64,000 bases of DNA, from sequence record MH051917. The stretch is one strand, 5' to 3'. Positions 9,660-22,901 of the stretch are shown piece by piece (the first letter of the stretch is position 1; every line of letters begins with the position of its first letter). The translations under genes were made by a program, and so were the position numbers. Source of the DNA: Enterobacteria phage vB_EcoM_IME341. The notes beneath the pieces were generated by a model. That model saw nothing but the letters and a program-made list of their open reading frames with translations, ran no database searches and was not told the DNA's origin.

Positions 9660-11233
9660 TAGAAATCCTCTTCTTCTTCATCTGGGTTTTGGAAACGAGC
9701 CTCTTTAGACTCTTCTTCAATTTGCTTAGCTTCTTGATTAATTTCTTCGTCAGTCATCTGAAGGAAATCTTTCATAGCCGTTTGATGTGAAATGTACTTA
9801 CCAATAAATGGTTCAGCCATCGTTAGCATATTGATTCTGCGTTCCATGATTTCCGCATCTTTCATTTCACTGAAATAGCTATCACGATTGAACGTAACTT
9901 TAATATTATTTATTTCTCTTTCCCACTCATCTTCTGTAATAATCTTTTTAAGAATGAGGTTTGTTTTTAATGGGTCTAAGAAAATTTCTTCAAATTTATT
10001 TTGGAGCTGGCGAATCCATTTAGCAAATTTCAACTCGTCACGAGTTATAGCTGTACCGGCATCAAACATAACACCTGAATTAGATTCACTAGGGATACGT
10101 GATTCTGGAATACGCAGTGCACGGTAAAGTGCTGTGCGGAAATAAAGAACGTCATCCATATCACTCATACCAGTAGCACCTGGCATTGTATCAACTTCTG
10201 TAACCGCTTTACCGTCACGACGTTGCAACCAATAGTCTTCAGTCATGGACATATTGTGTTGTTGGTTTTTAATTTTACCTGTCGAAGCATCATACACTAC
10301 ACGGTTTTTCATCGTGTTCATGATATGTTGCATTTGTGCTGCAGCCTTACGTGAAGGCATATTACCTGTATCGATATAAAATACACGACGGTCAGGAGCA
10401 CGGGTAATACGGTAGATGACCATTGCGTCTTCCATCAATTTAAGCTGGTTTGCAGGCTTAATAGCACGTTGCAAATAGCCAATGATGTTTTTACCACAAC
10501 AATCTAATAATCCTGAATGGGCATAAACCACAGCAGCACGAGGAATTTTAACTTTAGTCCCGGCTGAATAAATGCGTCCATCTGCGCAATAGCTTTCATG
10601 ACCTGTATCATAAACGAAAAACTCACGGTATCCGTCTACAATTTTAACACCATCTTCCATACGTGTAACGATTTCACGAATATATTGGACTTGGCGCGGG
10701 TCTAAGCGACGAAGCTCTTGTACGCCATCTTTCATTTTTTTAGGGTTTATAATTTTATGAAAGAAAATTCTTGAGTCTACATACCAGCGTTGGAAATGGT
10801 CAGTGCCTTTACGTTGGAAATTTAAAAGGTTTAAAACTTCACTGAATTCGGCCAAGATTTTATCTTTAATTGCTTGACTAAATTCTGTCCCGTCTAAATT
10901 CAATGCAACTACTTCTTTATCATCCTCATAGACAATAGCGTCAGACACAATTTCCTGTACGGCGTTGTCGACTTCATAGTTGTTCATTAAATTACGGTAG
11001 GTATCAATAAGTTCCCTGGTATTTTTAACTTCAGGCTCATTACTACCAAACATCTGTTGCATAAGAGCATTATAAGGAATATTTTGCTCTTGTGTCTCAA
11101 TTTCGCGAGCGCCATCATCAAGCTTAGGTGCGGTGACAGACTCTAAATTGTTATTAATTTGTTGTTTATATTCTTTTTCGTCTTCATTAGCCCATGGCTT
11201 AAGAAAACTTAATATTGTATTAAAGTTTGCCAT
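9659..11233 (-). CDS. 20: portal vertex protein gp20
   Basis: 524 aa, same length as T4 gp20; synteny. Confidence 0.9.
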   Translation of the reverse strand: MANFNTILSFLKPWANEDEKEYKQQINNNLESVTAPKLDDGAREIETQEQNIPYNALMQQMFGSNEPEVKNTRELIDTYRNLMNNYEVDNAVQEIVSDAIVYEDDKEVVALNLDGTEFSQAIKDKILAEFSEVLNLLNFQRKGTDHFQRWYVDSRIFFHKIINPKKMKDGVQELRRLDPRQVQYIREIVTRMEDGVKIVDGYREFFVYDTGHESYCADGRIYSAGTKVKIPRAAVVYAHSGLLDCCGKNIIGYLQRAIKPANQLKLMEDAMVIYRITRAPDRRVFYIDTGNMPSRKAAAQMQHIMNTMKNRVVYDASTGKIKNQQHNMSMTEDYWLQRRDGKAVTEVDTMPGATGMSDMDDVLYFRTALYRALRIPESRIPSESNSGVMFDAGTAITRDELKFAKWIRQLQNKFEEIFLDPLKTNLILKKIITEDEWEREINNIKVTFNRDSYFSEMKDAEIMERRINMLTMAEPFIGKYISHQTAMKDFLQMTDEEINQEAKQIEEESKEARFQNPDEEEEDF

Positions 11234-11290
11234 TAGAGTCTCCGATGAATGGGATAAGGAGCCGAAGCTCCTTGATAATTCTATTTATAC

Positions 11291-11782
11291 TCATTCCCAC
11301 CAATCGATAGCGAACGTACTTTCAAACGTTTCAACTTCGTTGTTCGAATCCCAATCCATCTGGACTTCACCAACGTTAGTAGGCCATAAGCCGTAAATTG
11401 TAACTTCTTTGGTCACAGTCTTGCCGTCACGATGGAACTGGCGAACTACTGCTTGTTTCTTATATTCTGCAGGTGCTGCACCCGTAATTTCATTGGTCAT
11501 ACCATGACAGAGATTCTGCCAATCAACAATTGCTTGACGAGTGTCATGTGCATCATCGTTATAAATGGTAATAGTCCAATCATCAAACGTACGGTCACCA
11601 GCTACGTTAATTTTACGGTTCATGTAGCCAACCGGTACTTTTTCTACAATGCCTGCCGGCATAGGTGCCGCTTTACATTTAAAGCTAAAGTTTTTACCAA
11701 GAAATGGAATTTCCACTTCGAAAAGGTTAGGGCGTGCAAAGTCACCTGACTCAAACGCACGAGTGATATCTGTCAACTCCAT
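11291..11782 (-). CDS. 19: tail tube protein gp19
   Basis: start moved to internal Met (MELTDITRAFESGDFARPNLFEVEI) giving 163 aa as in T4. Confidence 0.85.
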   Translation of the reverse strand: MELTDITRAFESGDFARPNLFEVEIPFLGKNFSFKCKAAPMPAGIVEKVPVGYMNRKINVAGDRTFDDWTITIYNDDAHDTRQAIVDWQNLCHGMTNEITGAAPAEYKKQAVVRQFHRDGKTVTKEVTIYGLWPTNVGEVQMDWDSNNEVETFESTFAIDWWE

Positions 11783-11800
11783 GGGATGCCTCTTAAGTCG

Positions 11801-11823
11801 GTTCCTGGACACACCAGGAACGT
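11801..11823 (-). promoter_or_regulatory. 5' leader stem-loop of gp19
   Basis: GTTCCTGG-ACACA-CCAGGAAC perfect 8-bp hairpin between late promoter and gp19 RBS. Confidence 0.5.
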
Positions 11824-11834
11824 TCTGATTAATT

Positions 11835-11842
11835 TATTTATA
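11835..11842 (-). promoter_or_regulatory. late promoter TATAAATA for gp19
   Basis: TATTTATA on plus strand in the 18-19 intergenic region. Confidence 0.55.
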
Positions 11843-11901
11843 ACAGTTGATAAATCATATTCTGAGAGAATAATCAATCCCAGGCGCAATTCTACGTGAT
11901 G

Positions 11902-11941
11902 TACGCTGTAACCAAACTCATGGTATAATGGTTTTAGGTTC
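11902..11941 (+). promoter_or_regulatory. middle-type promoter cassette, antisense to gp18
   Basis: CGCTGTA 11904-11910, 13 bp, TGGTATAAT, then GGTTTTAGGTTC; same cassette as 711 and 63541 but pointing into the 3' end of gp18. Confidence 0.4.
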
Positions 11942-11967
11942 TTTATATTACAACCTGGGATAATAGA

Positions 11968-13950
11968 TTATACTAACGGTCCAATCAATTCATCAAAATC
12001 AGCACCAGTGCTCGTTGCAACGAAGTTCAACGTGATGTAGTTAATAGAACGAGAAGGTTTAACGTAGATATTAGCAATAAACTCATTACGGTCGATAACC
12101 GCAGGGGTGTTCACTGTAGTATCACAAACCACACGTCCTTCATAAATCCCACCAAGTGCCTTAATACCATCTAAGTACTGAGAAACTTCCATACGGAAGC
12201 TTGAACGAGTGAAGTTGTCGTTCAATTCAAACAGTTTATATTTAGAGGCATCGCCGATATTTTTCTTAAGCATGTTGAACAGACGGCGAACGTTAATGTG
12301 GTCCATCGGAGATGGAACTTTAGTTGCAGTCTTATCACCAAACAATACGAAGCCATCACCGCCGGCAAAACCGACAACTGGGTTAATAGCTTCTTGGTAC
12401 ATGCGGTCACGTTGTGCTTGACGTGGTTCAATTGCCAATTTCAGAACGTTAAGAATCTGACCACGGTTATAACCAGCTGGAGACATCCAAGGCTGAGAAA
12501 CATCATCTGTACGCGCACACAAACCGGCCATATCGGCGGCCAGAGGCACCCAACGGTTTACGTCATTATATTTGTCATACTGATATTTATAGTTACCGTC
12601 AATAGCAGCATAAGTGGTGCTAATGTTCATATTGTTGCTTTCAAACAATCCTGAACCAGTACGCCAGTCGATAAGGTTATCTACTGCACGAGTCAGTGGA
12701 ACGTTAACCAAAAGACCTTTAGGAGGAGAAATAAATGCTAAGCAATCCTGACGTTCATCAGCAATACTAACAACGTGTTTCTGGACGGTAGAAGCAACTT
12801 CATCACCTTCACCAGCAACAGCACCAGCAATCAAAAGGTTAATATGGAGGGCTTCACGATCGGCAAACAAATCCCAACCCTGCATCAAATCGCCTGCGGT
12901 AACTTTATCGTTGGCAGAAACACCACCCATCAAATTAATGATACCACTGAAGCCTTTTGGCCAGTTCAGAGAAGTTGCATAGATGTAATTGGAAGTACCT
13001 TTAGCGAAATAGTCATCAAGATAAATGTTATTACCGTAAACGTCTTTTTCGCCTTCTTTGGTAGAAAGTACGACAGATTCTACGATAGCGCCATCACGAC
13101 GAACAATAATAGCGTATTGGTCTTCTGTTTGAGGACCGTAATTAAATACCGCCTTGGCAATAGAAGCACGAGAACCACCGCCTGGATAAATATCCAGCAT
13201 TTTAGTAGAACCGGCATCATAAGCTGCTTTAGAAACAATTTCTACTTCTAAGGTAGAACCAATTTCGCCTGGATAAAGAGCAACTACGCCTGGCATAGCA
13301 AATTTCTTAAGAGACGCTTGGAATTCAAGAGAAGTAATAGCTTCTTCACTATTCTCGGCTTCGGTCAAAAGAATACCGGAATCGGTAACAATTTTGCCTA
13401 CGGTAATAGTACCAGAAACACCAGAAGAAGCGGAAGTAACTTCAGCCGTCCAAGCCGGACCCAGGGTAGGATACTGGTTTAAAGAACGTGCATAAGTAAT
13501 AATTTTTGCCGATGGGATAAACACAGAAAGAATTTTACCGTCTGTATCTACAGAAGTAACACGGCCTTCAGATTCGATTACAGTTTGGTTATATTTAATA
13601 TTGATTTTATCGCCTACTGCATAGTTAGAACCGGCCGTAGTAATAGTGGTTTCGATATTACCGGCAATAGGAGATGCGTTTTTAGCAAACTCACGACTAA
13701 CAACACGAACTGTACGAAGGTCGTTACCATACTGGAGGAAGTTCATACCAGACATAAAATAATCTGCTACTTCGTTATTAGGACCTCCAAACAAATCCAC
13801 CAGTTCAACTTCGTTAGTAATTTGAGTTACCTGGAAAGCAGGGCCCCACTGGAATTTACCAACCAGCGCTGCACGACCCGTTGCGTTACGAACGACAGTA
13901 CTCTGTACGGACGTTTCTTTGAGCTCAATGCCCGGTGATAATAAAGCCAT
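11968..13950 (-). CDS. 18: tail sheath protein gp18
   Basis: 660 aa; synteny. Confidence 0.9.
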   Translation of the reverse strand: MALLSPGIELKETSVQSTVVRNATGRAALVGKFQWGPAFQVTQITNEVELVDLFGGPNNEVADYFMSGMNFLQYGNDLRTVRVVSREFAKNASPIAGNIETTITTAGSNYAVGDKINIKYNQTVIESEGRVTSVDTDGKILSVFIPSAKIITYARSLNQYPTLGPAWTAEVTSASSGVSGTITVGKIVTDSGILLTEAENSEEAITSLEFQASLKKFAMPGVVALYPGEIGSTLEVEIVSKAAYDAGSTKMLDIYPGGGSRASIAKAVFNYGPQTEDQYAIIVRRDGAIVESVVLSTKEGEKDVYGNNIYLDDYFAKGTSNYIYATSLNWPKGFSGIINLMGGVSANDKVTAGDLMQGWDLFADREALHINLLIAGAVAGEGDEVASTVQKHVVSIADERQDCLAFISPPKGLLVNVPLTRAVDNLIDWRTGSGLFESNNMNISTTYAAIDGNYKYQYDKYNDVNRWVPLAADMAGLCARTDDVSQPWMSPAGYNRGQILNVLKLAIEPRQAQRDRMYQEAINPVVGFAGGDGFVLFGDKTATKVPSPMDHINVRRLFNMLKKNIGDASKYKLFELNDNFTRSSFRMEVSQYLDGIKALGGIYEGRVVCDTTVNTPAVIDRNEFIANIYVKPSRSINYITLNFVATSTGADFDELIGPLV

Positions 13951-13979
13951 TTTGAATCCTCTTGGTTATGCTTTATTGT

Positions 13980-16289
<2,310 letters not shown>

Positions 16290-16293
<4 letters not shown>

Positions 16294-17156
16294 GGGTTTC
16301 TCCTTGGTGCTGGAGGCGCTGGCTCGACAGGCACTGGAATATCTTGTGAATATGTTTGAACGGAACTTCCATCCCATTCTGTTTGTTCTACACCTCTCGG
16401 AACCACTTCGCTATCAACCGATTCGAAATTACCTTCAGGAGCGAGTTCCTTTGAGTTAGCAAAGAAATCAAGATAAATGGTTTTAATTTCGCCTTCCATT
16501 TCTTTCACAGGAGGATATAACCACCCATTAACCTCAAACATCATAGACCATTCTAAACGACGACGTGAAGCGGTATCACCTTCAAGTTGTTCATCCATAG
16601 CAATAGACTGGAACACAATACGAATATCACGGTCAAATTTAATCTCGTTTGTATAGAGTTCAGTGATTGTTGTATTAAAGTGAGGTTGGAAATAAGGCAT
16701 AATCTGTTCCACAATTTGGAACATATCATCTTGGGTTCTAGTGTAAATACCCAGTTCGAAAATCATTTTAACCGGAGTAGGAGAATATTGGCTAACTCGT
16801 TTTCTTGGGTCACCATTCTCAAATTGAATTTGTGTTCTGTTCTGAAGAGCTGTTTTGTATTGTGAGTTATAAAGCATATCAACCATTTGAAGGTTCATAC
16901 GTGGGAGAACTGTTTCCACTTTAGCTTTTTGTTCAGCTCGTTCTTTAGGAGACATATTAGGGTTTGGAATATTTTGAACAGCAGTCCATTTACCCAAATT
17001 TGCCATAAATCTTTCTTTAGAAGCATACGTAATAGGAACCTTAATAAATTTAAGCCCTGTATCTTCTCTTTGACGTGCTACTTGAACATGGGAAAATAAA
17101 TCACCCATCAAAACAATATAGCGACGTAGCGAACTATTATACCAATGTCCAAACAT
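16290..17156 (-). CDS. 15: tail sheath stabiliser and completion protein gp15
   Basis: start moved to [13 protein letters not shown]; synteny. Confidence 0.8.
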
Positions 17157-17194
17157 CAAACCTCCTAAATGGCGCACCATGCGCCATGTATTAT

Positions 17195-17968
17195 TTAATC
17201 ATCTAAAAAAGCATCATCAAATGCTGTAGGAGGAGCATCCTCTCCTCGGCCATTAATTACAACATAAGGATGTACGAATTCTGCAGCTTCGGCATTAATC
17301 TCATTGACCTCTTCGTATTGAATGTCGGAGATATCAGCCAACCCGTCGATATTCTTAACAGGCATTAAATCAAGCTCACTGAATTCGGGAATATTAATAC
17401 CTTCATTTCTCTGTAATTCAGGACGAAGTTCTTCACCGTTGTAAATGAACTTGGTAGCAGTGATTCGACGCTGGACGTTAGCACCCACTTGATAGAATGG
17501 GTCATAAGGTTGAACCCAGTTAATTTCGAATAGGCTGTTGTCCATTGGGAAATAAATCAAGTCGCCTGAAACAGGTTCAGTGCCATTGCATTGATGTTTA
17601 AAAAGGTTAGGGTTAATTGTGATTGTTACCTCATCATTAACCATCATACCGAACTTACTGAAATAAGTATTGTCACCGGAATAACCTTCAAAGGAATCCA
17701 AATATCCTGCAAACTTCCAGGCTTTAGTAAATTTGTTCTGAAGGTCTTCGCCAAATAGCTGGTCAGGTTTAACGTATTCACGTGGTATATAATAAAGCTC
17801 AATACCACGCATTTGAATAGACTCAGCAACTAAAGCATCAGCCAATGTTTGGGTATTCTCATGCTTATAAAAGTTGACGAAAGGGTTCATTATTTCAGTT
17901 TCGTTCGTGTTAGCATAGCCAGTATTATCTTCTAGCTTAGCGAATAAACTCGAATCGAAAGTAGCCAT
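17195..17968 (-). CDS. 14: neck protein gp14
   Basis: 257 aa; synteny. Confidence 0.8.
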   Translation of the reverse strand: MATFDSSLFAKLEDNTGYANTNETEIMNPFVNFYKHENTQTLADALVAESIQMRGIELYYIPREYVKPDQLFGEDLQNKFTKAWKFAGYLDSFEGYSGDNTYFSKFGMMVNDEVTITINPNLFKHQCNGTEPVSGDLIYFPMDNSLFEINWVQPYDPFYQVGANVQRRITATKFIYNGEELRPELQRNEGINIPEFSELDLMPVKNIDGLADISDIQYEEVNEINAEAAEFVHPYVVINGRGEDAPPTAFDDAFLDD

Positions 17969-17970
17969 AA

Positions 17971-18903
17971 TTATCCAATTAAAATAGGTGTTGGTGGGTC
18001 GAGTAAATCTAATTCTTCACGAAGACGTTCTTTTTCTAAACGAGCCTCTTCAATCAATCGAATACCGTCTACGGTGGTTCCGCCTGCAAGTTGCATGCCT
18101 TGGTGTTTGGCCAAAATATTACCATTGACTTCTTTAACCAGTGCCGTAGCATAATCTTTAACCCAACGGTTATTATATGCACCATCTTGAAGACCAAGGT
18201 CCTCACCTACACGCATACCAGAAATACGACGTGACGGGTTATCCCAAACAGCACCCGGGCTCCATGCATCTTCACCACAAGCTGAAGCATAACCATATCC
18301 TACAGTATTTCCTACCATAGAATCCACTCCATTAAAAGAGCGAGTATAAACTTCAATTACAATAAAATCGCCTTTAACAAAGTTACCCATTACCTTCAAC
18401 TGTTCAGTGGCATCGTTATACCAATAATCAGGTAGTGGAACCAAAAGGTCCTGCATCATAGAACGATATTGCATTAATTGTGTAAAATAACCAAGGTCAG
18501 CACCAAAGGCATTAGGTCCGAAGCTATTACATGAAGACCCTAACCCACCATTAATTCCGGCTAGGCCTAATACAAAATCAGTAAACCACGGATAAGTTGC
18601 TTGCCCGTCCATAGATGTTAAAGAACCCACGTTGGTTCTCAAAATTTGTGTTACTGCAAATATATTACGTCCTTTAAGGTCAAACACTCCATTACGGAAT
18701 TTTTCTTCATCATCATGACCGATATAAAAAGCCTGATAACCTTTGTTATACCCATTATAATGATACTCGCCGTAGAGCTCTAGGGCGCGCTGGATGCAAT
18801 CGTATACTTGGTCTGTAGTTACTTCAATATTTGTAATCGGCGCACCCAGGCGGCGCAGAATAGCGTCCTTGAGTTGCTTAGGGTTAAATGATTCACTTGC
18901 CAT
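17971..18903 (-). CDS. 13: neck protein gp13
   Basis: 310 aa; synteny. Confidence 0.8.
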   Translation of the reverse strand: MASESFNPKQLKDAILRRLGAPITNIEVTTDQVYDCIQRALELYGEYHYNGYNKGYQAFYIGHDDEEKFRNGVFDLKGRNIFAVTQILRTNVGSLTSMDGQATYPWFTDFVLGLAGINGGLGSSCNSFGPNAFGADLGYFTQLMQYRSMMQDLLVPLPDYWYNDATEQLKVMGNFVKGDFIVIEVYTRSFNGVDSMVGNTVGYGYASACGEDAWSPGAVWDNPSRRISGMRVGEDLGLQDGAYNNRWVKDYATALVKEVNGNILAKHQGMQLAGGTTVDGIRLIEEARLEKERLREELDLLDPPTPILIG

Positions 18904-18924
18904 ATTTTATTCCTCTAATAACCG

Positions 18925-18932
18925 TATTTATA
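18925..18932 (-). promoter_or_regulatory. late promoter TATAAATA for gp13
   Basis: TATTTATA on plus strand 22 nt upstream of gp13 ATG. Confidence 0.6.
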
Positions 18933-18933
18933 G

Positions 18934-18953
18934 CAAAAAAAGGGCCGAAGCCC
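18934..18953 (-). terminator. intrinsic terminator after wac
   Basis: GGGC-TTCG-GCCC hairpin followed by 7-8 U on minus strand. Confidence 0.75.
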
Positions 18954-18958
18954 TTTTA

Positions 18959-21358
18959 TTATGGTGCTGAGTTTAAAGTCACAAAATCTGACAATAGAAC
19001 CCATGCATTATCAACCAGAACATACGGAAGTCCATCAGCTGCAGGAGCAACAGGAGGGCGTTTAGCCAACTCAGTTTCTAGTGCAGTGATTTTACCTTCA
19101 GCCGCAGTTAAACGGGTTCCTAAATCAGCAACTTTATCAGATTCAACTTTAACCGCCGCTAAACCTGTTTCAAGAGTACCAACTTTACCTTCTACCGTAC
19201 CTAAACGGGTATTGATTCCTGCAACTTTATCGGATTCAACTTTAACTGCTGCCAACCCGGTTTCAAGAGTACTAACTTCACCTTCAACAACGCCTAAACG
19301 GGTATTGATTCCAGCCACTTTACCAGATTCAACTTCAACAACACCTAAACGGGTATCGATCCCTGCAACTTTATCGGATTCAACTTTAACATCGTCCAAA
19401 CCGGTTTCTAAGGTGGTAATTTTACCTTCAGCTGTACCTAAACGGGTATTAATTCCTGCAACTTTATCAGATTCAACTTTAACAGCAGCTAAACCTGTTT
19501 CTAAGGTGACAATTTTACCTTCAGCAGTAGTGACTCTGGTGGTTAAAGGAGCTATTTTAGCGGTGTCCAATTTAATATCGGTAATTTCACCTTCATTAGC
19601 AGCTACTCGTCCGGTTAAAGTAACGATATCGCCTTTGTTCTTAGTTATATCAGCTTTAATAGGAGTTAATTGTGATTCTATAGAACTCACATCTAAGGCC
19701 AAAGCAGTAACATCAGAATCAGTGGTATCGGTTTTAGATTCAAGTGCCGTTATTTTTCCGTTAACGGTAACATCACTTTCTTCTAAAGCTGTGATACGAC
19801 TATCTTGCTCGGTGTCTTTAGATTTTAACAAAACGATATCGGCTTTAATTTCTCCTACTGAAGTGTTTAAAGCTCCGGTACGTGTATCAAGAGAAGAAAT
19901 TGAAGTGTCATTGGAATCGACTCTTGCCGTTAAAGCTGATACTTTACCGTCTGTAACCAATAAAGAAGCTTTGACTGCATCAATTTCTGCGGTGCCGTCA
20001 AGGATTTCCTCCCATGCAGCATCTTTACGTCCGTACAATTTACCGTCAGCAGGAGCTTCACCCAATTTAGTAGGCATTTGGGCTTCAAGGCCTTTAACAG
20101 AGTTTATTAACCCTCGTTCTTCTACAGTACTACCGTTAGGGTTGGTTCCTTCAATCTGGTTGGTAATTTTAAGAATAGAACCCTTAATACCGGTTTGGTT
20201 ATTACCAATCTCTGCCTGCAGGTCCTGAATAGTAGAGGCTGAAGTATTACCTTGAGTTGTAAGGTCATTCAAACGTTTATTAATTGTTCCTGCAGCCGGA
20301 CTTACATCGGCACCAATTTTACGGTCAATATCAGAAACCTGGAAACGAAGCCCTTCAGACGAACTATCACCAACTATATTTTTTAGCTCATTAACATCAG
20401 TACGTAAGCCACCTAATCTACCGTTAATAGAAGTAGGGGTATCCGCAGTACCGATAGTGGTCTCTACCGCAGTAACTCTAGGAACCAAACCATTATTAAC
20501 TGTGTTTTCCAAAGTGGAAGTTTTAGTTTCTAGTGTGGTTACTCTTGTATCAATAGAGCCTTTATCAAAACCTATACTGGTCTTGATGGAATCTATTGAT
20601 TCATTAAAGCTTTCAGCAGCAGTTTCAAGAGCAGAAATCCTGGTATACGCTGGTTGTTTACCTACGGTATCAATATGAGGACCTAGTTCTTCGCGAATTT
20701 CGTTAAGCTTAAGACCAAGTTGCCCTACATCAGAATCTTCGTAATTCTTTTCAAGGGTATCTATACGTTGTGAATGGTCGACAATAGCACTGGTATTATC
20801 CATAATGCGACGTTTCATGCCGGTGGCTTCAGAAGTTTCACCTGGAGGAAGCGGCTGGCTGTTTATGTCCTGGTTTGCATAGTGGCCAATTTCAGATTTG
20901 AGAAGATTTATATTTTCTCTGACGGTGAGATATGGGCCATCTAAAGACGGGTCATAATAACCTACATCTTCTTCTAAAAAATTAAAATTAACGGTTAAGT
21001 CACCTAATTCTTGTTTAGTTTCGGAAGCCTTTTCATCCACAGCCAGTATATCGACACGGTTCTTTTCAATTTGCTGAATAACCGCCGTATCAGTAGAAAT
21101 ATCTAGGGCTTCATTAATCAAATTAACGTTATCCACAAGCTCGTTAATTTTGTCTTTAGAAGCTATACTGTTTTCTTCTAATCTAACTACGTTGGTTTGT
21201 ACTCCTAAAGCAGGGGCGTTCAAATTACCGTCGTGACCGTATTTAGTCGTGGCTCCTTCAATACATTCTCCATTGCGTATCCAACGGATACGCTCTTGGG
21301 ATGCATCAGGTACACCATCGACAAACGGAAGTTCTTTAATACTCAGTTTGTCAATCAT
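18959..21358 (-). CDS. wac: fibritin (whisker/neck fibre), enlarged to about 799 aa with C-terminal repeat array and foldon-like end
   Basis: start moved to MIDKLSIKELPFVDG (T4 wac begins ...LPFVDG); coiled-coil; C-terminal ...DGLPYVLVDNAWVLLSDF. Confidence 0.8.
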   Translation of the reverse strand: MIDKLSIKELPFVDGVPDASQERIRWIRNGECIEGATTKYGHDGNLNAPALGVQTNVVRLEENSIASKDKINELVDNVNLINEALDISTDTAVIQQIEKNRVDILAVDEKASETKQELGDLTVNFNFLEEDVGYYDPSLDGPYLTVRENINLLKSEIGHYANQDINSQPLPPGETSEATGMKRRIMDNTSAIVDHSQRIDTLEKNYEDSDVGQLGLKLNEIREELGPHIDTVGKQPAYTRISALETAAESFNESIDSIKTSIGFDKGSIDTRVTTLETKTSTLENTVNNGLVPRVTAVETTIGTADTPTSINGRLGGLRTDVNELKNIVGDSSSEGLRFQVSDIDRKIGADVSPAAGTINKRLNDLTTQGNTSASTIQDLQAEIGNNQTGIKGSILKITNQIEGTNPNGSTVEERGLINSVKGLEAQMPTKLGEAPADGKLYGRKDAAWEEILDGTAEIDAVKASLLVTDGKVSALTARVDSNDTSISSLDTRTGALNTSVGEIKADIVLLKSKDTEQDSRITALEESDVTVNGKITALESKTDTTDSDVTALALDVSSIESQLTPIKADITKNKGDIVTLTGRVAANEGEITDIKLDTAKIAPLTTRVTTAEGKIVTLETGLAAVKVESDKVAGINTRLGTAEGKITTLETGLDDVKVESDKVAGIDTRLGVVEVESGKVAGINTRLGVVEGEVSTLETGLAAVKVESDKVAGINTRLGTVEGKVGTLETGLAAVKVESDKVADLGTRLTAAEGKITALETELAKRPPVAPAADGLPYVLVDNAWVLLSDFVTLNSAP
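18990..19560 (-). repeat. in-frame tandem repeats of about 93 bp (31 aa, VESDKVAGINTRLGTxEGKxxTLETGLAAVK) inside wac
   Basis: about 5 copies visible in DNA and protein, one truncated. Confidence 0.7.
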
Positions 21359-21368
21359 TTTTATTTCC

Positions 21369-22901
21369 TTAAGCAACTTTAATAATGAATAGGATGGACA
21401 TAGTCCAAGGACGGTTTTCGTTACCAATTAACCCTTCACTGTTTAGGGTAGTTCTTGAATCTCGTGAACCTGAACCATCAATTTCGTATCCTTCGTTTGT
21501 AAAGTAAGAACGGTTATCCCAGTCCAGTCCTTTACGAGTACCGGCAAAGTTAGAACGAACGGTATTACCAAATGCACCCGCATTGTCGTGTTCACCAAAG
21601 CCGCCAGCGTGTTTATGGAAACGAAGTTGCTGGGCTTGTACAGTACCATGGCCATATGAACCACAGCCTACGCCTAATCTTGGTTTACCTTTGGCATCAT
21701 TACCTTTGGCATCTCTAATTCTAACGTTGGCATCCCATTCTCTTAATCCGCCGTCATTAGTCTGGTTTGCTCCACGCGGATATAATCCTCGGAAGTCGGG
21801 ACGAGCACCAGTTGAACCCCATTTACTACCAACTACATTTCGGAATCCTTGTTCACCAGAGTTACCACCATCACAAACAGCCCAACCTGCAGGGATATTA
21901 TTAATCTGGCCTCCCCACATAACAATAGTACCGATAGGGACAGAATCTTTTAATTGGTCGATAGTAACAACATCACGCCCATTGCGACGCAAATTACCAT
22001 TAACGTTTAAAGTACCGTTAATGGTGCCGCCTGTGGTAGAAATAACGTTAGCATTATATGCCAATGCCGTATTCCCATCACCGGAACCAACCGTAGTCGA
22101 TAATTTAACAACACCCAACCTTCCAGTAGTACCAGTACGAGAAAGAAGAGTTGAAGGAGATAAAGCTATATTAGAATCGCTCCCAGCCGAAGCTTCTTGT
22201 GGAGTAGCCAATCTAATAATACCTGCTCGCCCTTGGGTAGAAGTTAAAGATTTTAACCCGGAAGGAGAAATTGCCACACCATTGGTCAATGTACCATTTG
22301 CCACTTCGGCATTTGTTGCGATTCTAACAATACCTTCAACAGTTTGGGTAGCGCTGGCATAAGTCGGTAATGCGGATGTAGCGGCACCAATTGCCTGGGC
22401 GGTTTTCAGAGGTGTCATTGCCGTCGTATCATCTGTACCTGCTAGAGCAGCCGGCAGGGTTGAAATCTTGAGTACGCCTGTAGTGTTCTCTGTGGCTAAA
22501 CGATTGGTGAATGTATAATCTATAGTAGCTTTCAAAGACGATGCTACGATTGCAGCCTGGGTTTCTGTTCCAGCAATGGCTTCATCATTAGTGGCATAAC
22601 GGGTGATGCCTACATAAGTTTCTGTTGCTTGAGTAGGAATATCTAAACGACCTTTTAAAGTGGCCGGAGTTACCGCAGAGAAAGTATCAGTACCATCAAT
22701 AACTTCTTGTTGGGTCGCTAATCTAATAATACCCTGTTCTGTTTCAGAAGCCGAAGGTATATTACCTGTAACACCTATAGCGGAAATAGACGCCAATGCG
22801 TCCTGGACATTAGTAATAGAGGGGTCAAAATTCGACCCGGTAGGGTCGAATGTTTTAAATTCTGATTTATCACTTATGTGTTTTAGTGTATTTGTAGACA
22901 T
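21369..22901 (-). CDS. 12: short tail fibre gp12
   Basis: N-terminus ...KFDPTGSNFDPSITNVQDA...LATQQEVIDGT matches recalled T4 gp12. Confidence 0.85.
   Translation of the reverse strand: MSTNTLKHISDKSEFKTFDPTGSNFDPSITNVQDALASISAIGVTGNIPSASETEQGIIRLATQQEVIDGTDTFSAVTPATLKGRLDIPTQATETYVGITRYATNDEAIAGTETQAAIVASSLKATIDYTFTNRLATENTTGVLKISTLPAALAGTDDTTAMTPLKTAQAIGAATSALPTYASATQTVEGIVRIATNAEVANGTLTNGVAISPSGLKSLTSTQGRAGIIRLATPQEASAGSDSNIALSPSTLLSRTGTTGRLGVVKLSTTVGSGDGNTALAYNANVISTTGGTINGTLNVNGNLRRNGRDVVTIDQLKDSVPIGTIVMWGGQINNIPAGWAVCDGGNSGEQGFRNVVGSKWGSTGARPDFRGLYPRGANQTNDGGLREWDANVRIRDAKGNDAKGKPRLGVGCGSYGHGTVQAQQLRFHKHAGGFGEHDNAGAFGNTVRSNFAGTRKGLDWDNRSYFTNEGYEIDGSGSRDSRTTLNSEGLIGNENRPWTMSILFIIKVA

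Noticed and set aside
11782-11812. Ten-codon N-terminal extension of gp19 in the ORF track
   Set aside because: The extended start is not ATG and the internal Met reproduces the 163-aa T4 gp19 length and N-terminal sequence; the upstream region is better explained as a 5' leader hairpin.
18888-20228. 446-aa plus-strand ORF with repetitive T/S/P-rich translation
   Set aside because: It lies entirely antisense to wac across its repeat array; the open frame is a by-product of the repeats and has no RBS.
21583-22362. 259-aa plus-strand ORF
   Set aside because: Antisense within gp12; Pro-rich translation typical of a spurious open frame.
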